Part shown: piece after piece, positions 28,966-41,149 of the stretch
How the letters are laid out: each line of letters opens with the position of its first letter
How positions within the stretch are numbered: position 1 is the first letter of the stretch
Source: Neoconidiobolus thromboides FSU 785
Lineage: Eukaryota > Fungi > Entomophthoromycota
Length of the DNA: 51,233 bases
Assembly: GCA_025603075.1 (NCBI GenBank)
Contig: MU626399.1
Span: 1 to 51,233, forward strand
Reading direction: 5' to 3'
The notes under the pieces: generated by a model
What the model saw: only the letters and a program-made list of their open reading frames with translations
Databases searched by the model: none
Told to the model about the DNA's origin: nothing
Translations under genes and position numbers: made by a program

Positions 28966-29454
28966 TTGATAGTGATGATATGAGTGTAAGGTATCCTACT
29001 GAAAAGATTGCTAATTAATATGCTCGACAATTTTATATTCAATAAAATATTAATGATTATCAACATTACTTTTGTAATTCACTTTTATTTTCTTATATTC
29101 GATTCAAACAATTATCATAATTAATATAGAAATCTAATTCTAGCTTTTCTTAGATTTGATAATTTATATTTTAGAATGTTTGAAGTATCTAAATACTTTG
29201 CTTTATAAACCTTTTACAATGTTAAATAATTACACTTTTTTTAGCATCTTTATAGTAGATTAAAGGCCTATAAATTAGGTTTTATCGTTTAAAATTGTCA
29301 TCTTCTATGTTTTACTTATTTCTATTTAGATAATTAAAAATGTTGTATTTAAAAAATCATCATGTATGTTTCAATAAGATAAAAATAATAGAGTATATAC
29401 ATTTTGAAAAAATTAGATTTTTCATTTTAACATAAATCCGCGAGTTGGGTAAAT

Positions 29455-29553
29455 GGGGATGTGTTTTTGTATTTAAGAATTTTACTAGCAATTTTTCCAC
29501 TCAAATAGCGCTTAAAAGGTGGAAAAAGTAATGAAGCCAAAAAAAACATCCCC
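29455..29553 (+). mobile_element. ~95-bp GGGG-MITE copy
   Basis: GGGGATGTGTTTTT...AAAAAACATCCCC; perfect AAAT/AAAT flanks. Confidence 0.92.
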
Positions 29554-30686
29554 AAATAGTTAATCAAATTAATAAAACAAAATTGAGCAAAACTGAATTG
29601 CTATATAATATTTTTAAACAAGTTAATCTAAAATTGTATTAAATTTCTAAAGATTTAAAATTTTAAGCATTTTTTGTTTTCTTGTTATCTTTCATAATCT
29701 AACTGACACATTAATTTTTTACCATCCACATCTAACATTTTTCTGAGTTCTGATGTTTTATTTTATTATTTGCTTAAATATATAGCCATATTATATAAAG
29801 ACTGCTCAATTCTTTTGAAAATGGTGGAAGGTTGATTAGTTGAGTTTTTTCAACTATGCTCATTTTATTTTTTAATAGTTGTATAGCTTTGAGACTGACA
29901 TGCAATGGTCAACGTTTTTATCAGCAACAAGTTAAGTTTTTTGGAATTCGTTAAATTTTTATAAACAGACTTGCATATGGTCAATAATTAATAGTTAGAA
30001 TCCACTACCATTTGTAGTTTGGTTTTATTTACAACTTGTATAAAATTAGTATTTTAATAGCAAATTCAAAAAACTACAAATAAAGGATTATTTAAAATAC
30101 GTATTTAAAGAACTTATTTCCTTTATGAGAGTTTTTTCTAAAATGATAATATTGAATTATTTCGTGTTTGAAAACTTCCTTGAGTGCAATTAACTAACAG
30201 GTTCTTTGGTAGGTAATCTCCTATTTAGCTCTACAAAGACTTCAAGCTAGGCTTTAGCTGAGAAAGGATTCTTAAGCATAATAAACAAATCCTGTTTTTA
30301 AAGCAATAACTACGAGATAGATCTAAATAATAAATAATATGTTATCCAAAAAATTAAATAAAACAGAATAGGTATGCTTTTTTTGTCTAAAGGATTTAAA
30401 TAAACTTTTTGTTAAGCTGTTCGGTAGCTTCGTCACCCTTTAACCCAAATAAGAACATATAAAACATACGATTGCGATACCAGTAAGGATTTGCTTAAAA
30501 ATCATCTTGTTTTTAAATTTTAAAAACATATACTGCTTCAACCAACAATTATTACTTTTAAAGCCCATGAAAGAGTGCTGAGATATAGTGAATGACTTGA
30601 TAGCTCCTTTATTGCATAAAAATGTACAAAAAACCAAAAGACATCTGGATATAAATAGCAATAAAGAACAACTTTTTTGTTTTGGA

Positions 30687-31581
30687 ATGAATAGCTATAT
30701 CTTGTACATCGCCATAATATTTAGTGTATCTGTTGTTATCAAATGTTCCTTATTGTTATTATTTATAACTTGGATCTCAATCAAAAAGAAGGAGACTGAG
30801 CTCACCGTTATAATTACCAGTTTGGAACTCTTAATACCAATCTTGGTGATAACAGATTCTATCTACACTCAATTGGCTGATGAAAAAATAACATTCGATG
30901 TCATTAGATGTATTATCAGTAGCTTTTTTATGCTTTCATCCTCTAATTTGAAGTTATATTCAATGCTTTATTGGCTGTTGAGTGTGTATTAATATCTAAA
31001 AAGTATGGAGTAATAAAGGCAGCTTTTTGGATCTTAGTTACTAACTCAGCCATTTACTTGATCCTTCTAATTATGTATGCGACAATTGGCACCTGTATAC
31101 ATTCAGCTACCAATTTCCATCTCATATTGGCGTGAAAGCACTTTCCTTGGCTACCTTTACCTATTTTTTTAGAGTTTCTAATTGTCTTGGTAATCACAAT
31201 AACCTATTATTATTATCGGATATCCAAGAAAGCGAGTGAGTTTCGAAAAATATGGAAAGCGAAACTCGATTGAACTTTGGTTATAAAGCAGCAACTAAAG
31301 ATCTTCTGGTTGTTATCATTAAGACCTGTATAATTTTGTCAGTATATGGAACATTAATGGTTGTTGGAAATGTCCTGTTTTTATTGAAATAGCATTAAAT
31401 TATTTGGATGTAGCGGGATTTGGAAATCTCGCTGATTCTCTTCAACTTATTGCAATTATTCTTTATGATTTGGGGTTTGGGGTTTTTTGTTAATACTCAG
31501 TTAATTTTGTTTTTACATGCTATAATTAAACATGAAGCAACAAAGTTCTGGGAAGAGATCAAAGCATTTTAAAAAAGGTAA
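30687..31581 (+). pseudogene. 7TM receptor array copy 6, pseudogene
   Basis: ATG at 30687 (the ORF-track start at 30588 is upstream noise); T6 frameshift at 30924-30929; further indels and stops; residual motifs LAVEC and AIIKHEATKF. Confidence 0.85.
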
Positions 31582-33096
31582 TATAACAATGGGAAGCGTG
31601 AGTCTATATTTTGGTCAATTTCAAATAATTTTAGCTTATACAATTGATGCTCAATCAATATAGTTTTTTTTAAAAATAGAACTGTCTATTTACAATATTT
31701 AATATAATTAAGAAAAAAACATTACGCAACTCTTTGAATATTAACAAAAGGATGAAAAAGTGACCAGCATAAACTTATTTTTGTCTATCACCATAATAGC
31801 AACCGCTAGAGATATTTTGTTGAAGGGTTTAATTCTTATTGCTTAAAAGAGTTACCAACTAATACATTTATCTGTTTTATGCTAAAAAATATATAGTAAT
31901 AGATACACAGGCTTGTATAAATAATCTTTTAGTATTTTTTATAACAAGTTAAAAGATATGATAACATTAATGAGACATTTTGAATCTAATTCTTCTTATT
32001 TAAATCCCATAATTATTTTTTATAATATTTTCATTTTTGTTGTATCTTAGTTATCATTTACTACTTTTTAATTTTTGGGAAATTATAATATCTTAATAAA
32101 AGTTTTTATGACTTTTAGAAAAACATTTCATAACTTTAGTCTTTTTGATAAAGAATTATTGGCTAGGTTATAAAATTATTACACTAAAATAATTTAAGTT
32201 TAGGTGTTATTTATCTCTATTAAAGACTATGGGATTCGACTTTTAAGGTGAGCTTTAGGTTCAAAATATATAATTACAATTTCATATTTGCTGATATAGT
32301 CTAAGAAAACTGCTATAACTTTGTACCTGTTTTTCGTTTTTTTTCTTGATACTATCACGGTTTTTACATCTTGTATAGAATAAACATATTATAAGTTATA
32401 ACGAGATGAAGTTTAAATAAATTTTCAGCTTTTAGGTATGGAAAGAACTTCCTGCTACAATCAACAATAGTTTTATTTTTAACTAAAAAACCAAAATTAA
32501 TCATAAAATGTTTTTATTTACTGATTTAGTTTAATAAATTTTCCATATATGGGACCTTAAGCTACAGTAAAAACGTTATAGAACAACCTATTAAATCCCA
32601 ATCTTTTATGGACATTAGTTTATAATAGCCTTATGTAAAAACATCACATCATCCATCACATTGAAATTAGAACTGTAGTAATTTTTTAAAATGAGACTCG
32701 AATTTTAAACTATTTGAATCAAGCAACTTTCTATAAGAATGGGCAAATCCAAAATCTAATAAAGCTGGAGTTTAAATCCTAAACTTAGCAATAATTTCAT
32801 ATTTACACTATGATTAACATTTATGAAAACTAAAACTAATCTTAAAAAAGTAACATTGTTTTATAGTTAAAATTACATAATAAGCCTTAATAAATTAAAA
32901 AAATAAACAAAATAAAGTTAAATAAATTTTATTAGAAAAAATACACAAATTTAGATTAGCAATAGAATAAAAATGGTCTATAATTCAACCATATCAAAAA
33001 AAACATTAAAAATAATTTTGAGAGAAGATATCATAAAAAAGCTAAGTTATGAATTATCTACGTCGACATCATAGCTTCCAAACATTCCTATTTACA

Positions 33097-34280
33097 CTAT
33101 AGTTGGGCTTGTAATTTCTTGGTGTCTAATTTAGTTTCATTAATATTAGAAGAGGCTTTACTATTCGTACCAAATTCACTTTCACATTCTGAAACAGTAG
33201 AAACACATCTTATCCAATCTAAAGGATAATCTTTACGTGCTAAGTTACCTAATACTTTACTAGGGCCAATGGCGATAAATCTATCCACACTATTTTGTTT
33301 ACAATATTGGATAGAATAATGCCATTGAACGGTACTATCAATTTGATGACTTAATAATTGTTTAATAATATACACTTGATCTTTGGCTTCTGTATCAATT
33401 GGTTTACCAGTAGCTCCAAAAATAACTGGGATATTAGGTTTTTGAATTTCAATCTTATTTAATGCTTCTTCAAAGGTAACACGAGATGGTTGCATTAGAC
33501 TACAATGAAAAGGGGCTGAAACAGGTAAATCAACAGCACGCGTAGCTATTTTCATTCTTTTAAGTTCTTGGGAAGCAAAATTAACGCCCTCTCTCGTACC
33601 AGATATGACAGACTGTAAATTAGAATTAATATTAGCGATTTCAGCTACTTCCCCATCAGCAAGTTGAGAACGTATTGTTACCATAGCATCTTCCAAATCC
33701 CTTAATCTATTTTTTGATAGTATTAAAGCACTCATTAAAACATCACGATTTTGTTCAGCAACACAGTTTTGCATAGCTTTACCACGGATACGTACCAATT
33801 GAGCAGCATCACTTAATTTAATAGAGTCTGTTGCTACAAGAGCTGAAAACTCACCAAGAGAATGCCCAAGTGCAAAGTTAGCTTGCTCTTTTAAATCAAA
33901 ACCAAACTCTTTTTGAAGTACATTTAAAATAGCGATTGATGTAGTTAATATAGCCGGTTGAGCATTTTCAGTTAATTTAAGCTTATTACAATCTCCTTCA
34001 AAGATTAACTCAGATAATTTAAAATTTAAAGCTTCATCAACTTCATGATAGACATCCCTTGCAGACTGATAATTATCATAAAAATCTTTACCCATACCAA
34101 TATACTGGGAACCTTGACCCGGGAATAAGATAGCACACTTGTGTGGTTTTCCAGCTTCTGAAGTCTATAATTTATTAGCTATAAATATTAAATCAACTTT
34201 AATAAATAACTTACCAACCATCTACGAGGTAAAAAGGTTTGCCTTGTTGAAGTGGATTGAAAGCTACGTCGATTAATCAT
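33097..34280 (-). CDS. MCT1: Mitochondrial malonyl-CoA:ACP transacylase (FabD-like), 2 exons
   Basis: Exon 1 MINRRSFQSTSTRQTFLPRRWL (Arg/Ser-rich presequence); intron 34165-34214; ILFPGQGSQYIGMG, NAQPAILT, GHSLGE nucleophile motif, VSAPFHC. Confidence 0.93.
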
Positions 34281-36192
34281 AATCCATTGTTTTAATTGAT
34301 ATATATTATTTGTTCTTTTTATCATTTTATTTTATTATAGTTTATAAAACGTTTTATATAAATAAGTGAAGGTTATATATAAATTCTAAATATGTTCGAG
34401 AGTGTTAAATTTGAAAATTTTATTTAAGGAGAAATTGGCACCTATTTATATTCACAATGACTCACCACTTCATTTCCAAATAAAGTTTCAAACTTAGTTA
34501 AATTTCATCAAATAACATTTGAAAAAGTGATCTATAATTATCAAATAAAATCTAAAAATAGGGATAATAATCTTAATTGATTGGCCAAAATACTCAGGCT
34601 GGTAGTGTTTATATTTAGAAATACTAGTCATGACTTGAATCAGTTAACCAATGTTAAAACATTTCTAATAAAAACACGAATCAAATAAAGCGGAATTTTA
34701 ACTTTTTTAATGTATAAAAATCATTTTAAGCCTACAAAGTATAAATATAGCAGTTATGTTTCATGAATGAGAAATTTGGAGATGAAAATAAAATGAAGGT
34801 TGGGTTTAAAATAAAAAATATTTTTGCTTAAAGTGAATATTAAAAAAGATTTATTGGAAATTTTAAATTAACTATGAAATAATAGACTAATAGTATTATA
34901 TTTATTTCAACCATTTTATTACTTTAGGAAATTTTAATGCAGTAAATCGGGTAAATTTTCTCACTTCAAGTCAGTCCCACTTGATTGTTGATATTTTTTA
35001 ATGAAAATCTCCACTCAATAACTTATTATTCATTAAACTTACTATGTTTTTAAGCCTTTGAAAGGTTGAATATTTCATTAATTGATAGTCACTAGCTAAT
35101 AAATTCAATGTCTTAAATCATCATAAAGAATCATTATTGCCCAATGGTAACATCACTAATCCCTTATTTGTTACTATTTCAATGGAAGATGACATCATTT
35201 TCTAAGATGAAGGATAGCTTGGGATAATTAAAATTTCGCAAATTCTTTCCATCGATTGCAAAATTCAAAGCGAGAATCTTCTAGTCATGGAGTGATTGGC
35301 AATATTTTAACTGTATGCTTTGATAAACCAACACAATAGATAGTGCTCTCTTTGGTAATATGATAAATCACTAGGTTGAGGTTAGTAATTCATTTATAAT
35401 TTTAAAAGTATAGAGTATGAAATGTTATATTTGATTTCAATCAGCTAAAACTTTCACATTATTCATAAGGTTTTTAATTTCTTTAGTTTTTTTAATTCGG
35501 AAATTGAATCAAAACTTTAAAATTACTTAATCTTAGTATTATCAAACTAAACAATCTGTTTGATGTTATTATTTACTAAGGTTACTTTAGGCTAAATCTA
35601 GCTCAATAATAGCCTTTAAATAAAAGAAACAAATTAAAGTTGAATTTTGGATTTAGTGGAACTTAGTAAGTATAAACGATTTCATAACTAAAAGCTTGTT
35701 TGTTGATATTATTAGCTTATTAAATACTTGAATATTAGTTCAATTTAAATTAATTTTATAGATTTTAATTTAAATATATTCATATAAAGTAAGCTTGGTT
35801 TGAGTATTATGATTTTACTCTTTTGATTAGGAGTTAATGTATCCCTTTATCTCTTATCATATAATCAACGTGCTACTAATATATGTGTACTTATTTATAT
35901 TAATAATAATCAATTTATAGTTGTGAATAGAAAATTAAGATTTTAATAAATTGGCATTATAAAATGAAATAAGAACAAAGTATTTTAAATAGTCAATAAA
36001 TTAGTATTATAAAATGAAATAATAACTGCTATTTAATTTTTTTGTTAGAACCGTAGGACTGAGATTTATTTATTTGATTATTTATTGAATTAAATCATAA
36101 ATTAATTGAATTTATTGAATTTTCATGAATTTAAAAAGTTAACATAAATTACGTATAAGGCTTTGAAAATGTGTAAATTTCAAGTAGGTATT

Positions 36193-36288
36193 GAAGTTGT
36201 TTTTTGGCTTCATTACTTTTTCTATCTTTTAAGCGCTATTTGAGCGGAAAATTTGTTAGTAAAATTCTGAGCATAAAAATACATCCCC
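36193..36288 (-). mobile_element. ~95-bp GGGG-MITE copy
   Basis: aagcgctatttgagcggaaa core; acatcccc end; TATT/TATT flanks. Confidence 0.85.
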
Positions 36289-37124
36289 TATTTATAAAAA
36301 CAATGGATACAAATTAAACACTAAGAAAATGGGAATAGCAAAAGGATAAGAGTAACTACACAATTATGAAAAAAAAATTTGATCTTACTTTTATATTAAG
36401 GTTTATCGCAAGGATGTAGAATAACCTTGGTAAAATTTTTTACAGTAGATAAGTCTCTCTTTTGAATAAAAATTCATATTACTGTTGTAACCAGTGATGC
36501 TCATCAATTATTTTAGTAAAACAAATTAAAATAGCTTTCAGTTAAATATTTTTCATTGCTTTTAATTTGTAGTTATATTTATTTAATACAATTTCAATGA
36601 CAAAAAAACTCTTGAGCTTTTTTCATTAGAAAAAATTAACTCAAAGCTAAGAACAGTAAGTGATATTTAACTGTAACCTACTTTGATTTTTTAATAAAAT
36701 GGAAATTGTTATTTAAACAAGATATATTAAACTTTTATAAAAAGTCATTCATATTAGAAGTAAAAAGCATCAATATGATATAAACTAAAATCTAATAGAT
36801 AGCTTGTTAGTTTTCCAACATTAAATAAAAAAATTAGATTATTTCAATTACATTTTGTCCAGTTTTTGGTTTGAAATTGAAAAAATTAGCATCAAAACTG
36901 TTCAACACTATCTTTTTGCACCATCTCACTTGTCACTTTTCTTTCGAATACCCTTGACCTTTTATGTTTTCTAAGATTTTAATACTTTAAATTCTTAAAG
37001 CTTAAAGAACCTTCTATCTTTACCACAAAAACTAAAGTTTTGAAAAGTTCATTATATCAATGTATAAAAGTACCTTAAATAAAGTAAACTGTAATGCTTA
37101 TCATTTGTTAAGTCATCATCATAT

Positions 37125-37221
37125 GAGGATGCTTTTTTAGTTTTATCACTTTTTCCATTTTTAAGCACTATTTTAAGTAAAATAATTGCTAGTAAGATTC
37201 TTGAATAAAAAATATATCCCC
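37125..37221 (-). mobile_element. ~95-bp GGGG-MITE copy
   Basis: gaggatgctttttt...aaaaaatatatcccc; flanks atat/atac. Confidence 0.85.
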
Positions 37222-37888
37222 ATACCAATAAATGGAACATTATTTTTAATAATTTAAAAGAACATTAGTAAATGATTGAAGTAGTAATTACAGAGAATGA
37301 AATATATTTTGTTTAAGATAAAAATAGTCAATAAATTTTTAGAAGCTGACTTCAAGGATTAATTGTAACTAAACTAATTATAACAATTATCTTATTATTC
37401 TATAATTGAAAAGGAGTATTGTTTTTTGATATTTTTTTATTGAAACTTTCATAGTTGAAAGTTTATTAGTTAGTTAATGTAATGAAAATATAAAGCCCGG
37501 AGGCTTTGGCTTTGAAATTTTAAACAGTATTAAAAATATAGATGCATAAAAAGTAGCGTAGTAATGGTCTCCAAGTACTCATTTATTAAGTCATGGTATT
37601 TGATAAATAGAATATTATTAACATTTAAAGAACATGTAAAATGATGTATTGATAATTATGAGAATGAAATATTTTCCTATTTGATATGATTTTAGATTGA
37701 ACAGAATTAATATCAGTTGATTAGAATTTAGTTGAATTATGGTTTTAATTTAAATGGATTTCTTGATAATGTGATTGAATTTAAATTTCAGTAATCATAA
37801 ATAAGAATAACTAATTTGAAAAAGTTAAACTATGAAGAGTATAAATAAAGGTGAGAAAATTTTTATTTAGTATTATTTCAATAAAAAA

Positions 37889-39756
37889 ATGAAATTCTTT
37901 TTTAATTCTTTATTGATATTAACTCACCTAATATTTGTCAAAGGACAAAGGTAATTTTCATTTCTCTTATTAAATTATCACTCTGATTAACTCAAATTTT
38001 AACACTATCTAGTACTTCGACTAACGAAGTTAATTATTATGAAACTAAAGTGATACGTTATGAAGATCATTGTAAAATTATTTCTGATGGAAAAGTACAA
38101 CAATATCATGGGCTTAATGAAGATACACCAACAATCGTAAAGAAAGGGAAATTAGGTCATATTGAAAAAGGAACTCAATTAATAGATAATTTAAACGTAG
38201 ATTTAATTACTATTATTACTATTAATGAAAGTAATATTAAACAAGAGTTATTTAAAGTATGTGGTAGTTTACCTATAATGGATTTATATACCAGTTCATC
38301 AGAAGCTAAGAATAAACATTCACTAGTTACTCGTTCTACTGATACTACTACTGAAGTTCGAAAATTATTAAATAGTGGTGATCCAAAGAATCGAATTGAT
38401 GTCGTATTTATGGGGGATGGTTATCAACTTAGTGAAAAAGAAAAATTCTTTTCAGATGTTGATTATTTAGTTAAAAAGTTGTTTGAGGGTGTAACATTCA
38501 GTTCCTATTTCCCAATTTATAATGTTTGGGCAGTATATGTAGAATCTAAAGATAGTGGAATAACCAGAGCTAATATTAAAAAAGATACAGCCTTTTCTTT
38601 ATATCGTCCTGGAGAAGAATTAAGAGCTATTTATTATCCTGATGAAACAGTTAACATTATAAATAATTATTGTAAATTAACTGGTGAATTTGCTTGTGAT
38701 TATAAAGTAGTAATTGCTAATGATGAATACTATGGCGGTGTTGGTGGGGACATTATTATATCAACTTCCTCAAAACGTAGTGGTTCAGTTGTATTAAACC
38801 ATGAAATGGGTCATACTTTTGCTGATGTTGGTGATGAATATGATAATTCCTATGCTTATTATGGAGCTAATAGTGAAGAAGTTAAGAATTTTAATGAGGT
38901 CAAATGGAAGCATTGGTTAACAAATTCAACTAATTTAAGAGAAGAACGTAACATTAATAGGTTATTATTATATCCTTGGTATAATTTGAAAAATGGTACA
39001 TTTAAAGCTAATTTTACTTCTGATGGTAATTACAATCGCTGGTATTATAGAATCGGTATTTCAGGTGCAAAAGAAGAAAATAGTATTTCAATTAAAATTG
39101 ATGATGTCATCATCCCATGGAAGTCAGCTGATACAATTGATCGTGTATTTTATGATTATTTTAATGGAGCTTCGGGATTTAGTAAAGGGTTACATACATT
39201 AAGTATCACAAGTAACACTAAAATACCTGAAAATGGACCTTTAAGAATGGTAACTTCAGTTACTTTACATGAATATGGAACAGAAGAAGAATATAAATTT
39301 GATGGTGAAAATTATTCTCTATATCCAACATGGGATGATCATAATATTAAAAGATATCGACCAACAAATGAATATTGTGTAATGAGAAATGTTACTTCAC
39401 CTAGATTTTGTAAGGTTTGCAAAGAATCCCTTTGGTTACAATATCTTAAAAGATTAAATATTATTGATGAGTTAATTGTAAGCAAAAAATGTGGTAAAGT
39501 CAATGTTAAATTAATTCCTTTACAATTCGCTCAGTTTCGCAAACAACCAGAGTTATTTAAAGGAGAAAAGTTTATTGTTAAATGGTTTAAAGATAATGTT
39601 CAAGTAAAAGAATTTGATAATCTATTTGAATTAAATTTGAAGAATAAAGACTCAAAATATTCTGGTAATTGGGCAGTTAAGGTACAATTAATTACACCAG
39701 AGATCAAAAAGGATGATAACAACTTATTGTTTTCAGAGAAAAAATTTATTATTTAA
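37889..39756 (+). CDS. Secreted M64-family (IgA peptidase-like) metallopeptidase, 2 exons
   Basis: Signal-peptide exon MKFFFNSLLILTHLIFVKGQ (ATG 37889); intron 37951-38012 joins in frame to the 38050 ORF; motifs NRIDVVFMGDGY, DEYYGGVG, HEMGHTFADVGDEY, RPTNEYCVMR..FCKVCKE. Confidence 0.9.
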
Positions 39757-39835
39757 ATAAATTTAATTTTTAATTTATTAGTTATACTATTTCATTATTT
39801 ACGTTGTTACTCTTTGTTTATCATGATCTATTGAT

Positions 39836-39933
39836 GGGGGTGTTTTTTTGACTTCATTACTTTTTCCATCTTTTAAGCGCTATTTTAGTAGAAAAATTGT
39901 TAGCAAAATTCCTAAATACAAAAATACATCCCC
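39836..39933 (-). mobile_element. ~95-bp GGGG-MITE copy
   Basis: gggggtgtttttttg...aaaatacatcccc. Confidence 0.88.
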
Positions 39934-39993
39934 AATAATTTTAAAAGAATGAAGGTATCGTTGTTTTTGTTTTAACAAAACTTTTATACAAAA

Positions 39994-40605
39994 TGTAAAA
40001 AGTCTTATGGCGTTTTCGATTAAATGCCATCGGACTTCTCAAGTTGTACGTAATCCAGTAAAAACCTGTATTTAAGTCTACATAATAACCCACTGTAGGC
40101 TACTATTTGTCCAAATACCTTAAACAAGGATATTACTAGGGGATATACTAGTAGTTTAACCATAACTAACAAATGTTCATTAGCTTGAATAGTACTTGTA
40201 TTTAGGTAACGATAACTCATAAGATACTAAGTTTATAAATACAGCTATATTCTATAAACAACTGTACAGTAACTAAATACTCATAATTGTTGCAGTCATG
40301 AAGTTTAAACACATAGTTGAGATTGAGTGGCAATATCTAGCCCTAGTTATGCCAAACAACCTCAAAAAAGCTATATTTGATTTGAATATAATTCTAATTA
40401 ATAATTTATTACTATAACTAGTTAAAAGTAATAATACAACTTAGCCAAAAAGTAAAGATTTCTCTAGTTAGTCATACTCTTAATAATAGGTTTAAAAATT
40501 AGACTAAAGTGAGACTAATAAAAAATTGAATTTGGTAACAAAGGCAGAAAATAACTCAAATATAAATTATAAGATGTTAAGCCCTTAATAATGTGACATT
40601 TTACA
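39994..40605. mobile_element. Possible solo LTR (TG..CA, 11-bp imperfect inverted ends)
   Basis: Starts TGTAAAAAGTC and ends GACATTTTACA (10/11 complementary); no TSD and no second copy seen. Confidence 0.3.
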
Positions 40606-41149
40606 ATAACACATAGTTGACAAAGGGGTAGTGCTATGTTTTGGATTAAAGTAGTGATTGAATGGCTGAATATAAAGAATAATGTTGATGTGCAGCTTCG
40701 GTCTACTTCCTTATTATAAGTATACAGGCATAGAGTTCGAATCAGCTTTTATTCCTTATAGTTCCAGTATCAAATTAAAAAATTTCTTCATCAGCAAGGT
40801 TGAATATACTTTCAAGGAATTGAAAATAAAGCAAGTTCTAGCTACATTTGATACAGATGTATACAAAATACCGATATTTTTCTTAATATCAATATCTATT
40901 TTACTATCGATAACTTCACTAGAAGAAATTACCTAATTATTTTTCAAAATCAAATGCACCAAATAGACTAGACAATATTCCAAAAGCCAAACTAGCAATT
41001 AAAATACATATAATTTTATCTTTTTACACAAACAGTCATCATACTATTTCAATCATTTATATTGGTTTAATGACGTTAACTTAGGAAAGAAATAGCATAA
41101 TAAAGGTACTTTTTGAACAGTTTTTGTTATAAAATTCATATTGCAGGGA

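Noticed and set aside
35030-35380. Coding-looking stretch on the minus strand
   Set aside because: Stops in all frames and no recognisable motif; possible gene relic only.
37052-37240. 62-aa ORF resembling a small membrane protein
   Set aside because: Half of it is MITE sequence (37125-37221); similarly spurious are 23035-23235 and 43613-43882.
37492-37507. AAAGCC-CGGA-GGCTTT hairpin resembling a bacterial terminator
   Set aside because: A single 6-bp stem is expected by chance in 51 kb, and the context is eukaryotic.
40682-40990. 84-aa ORF, possibly a leucine-rich/F-box-type gene relic
   Set aside because: Only a vague LxxIxSLEEI pattern; cannot be supported without a homology search.
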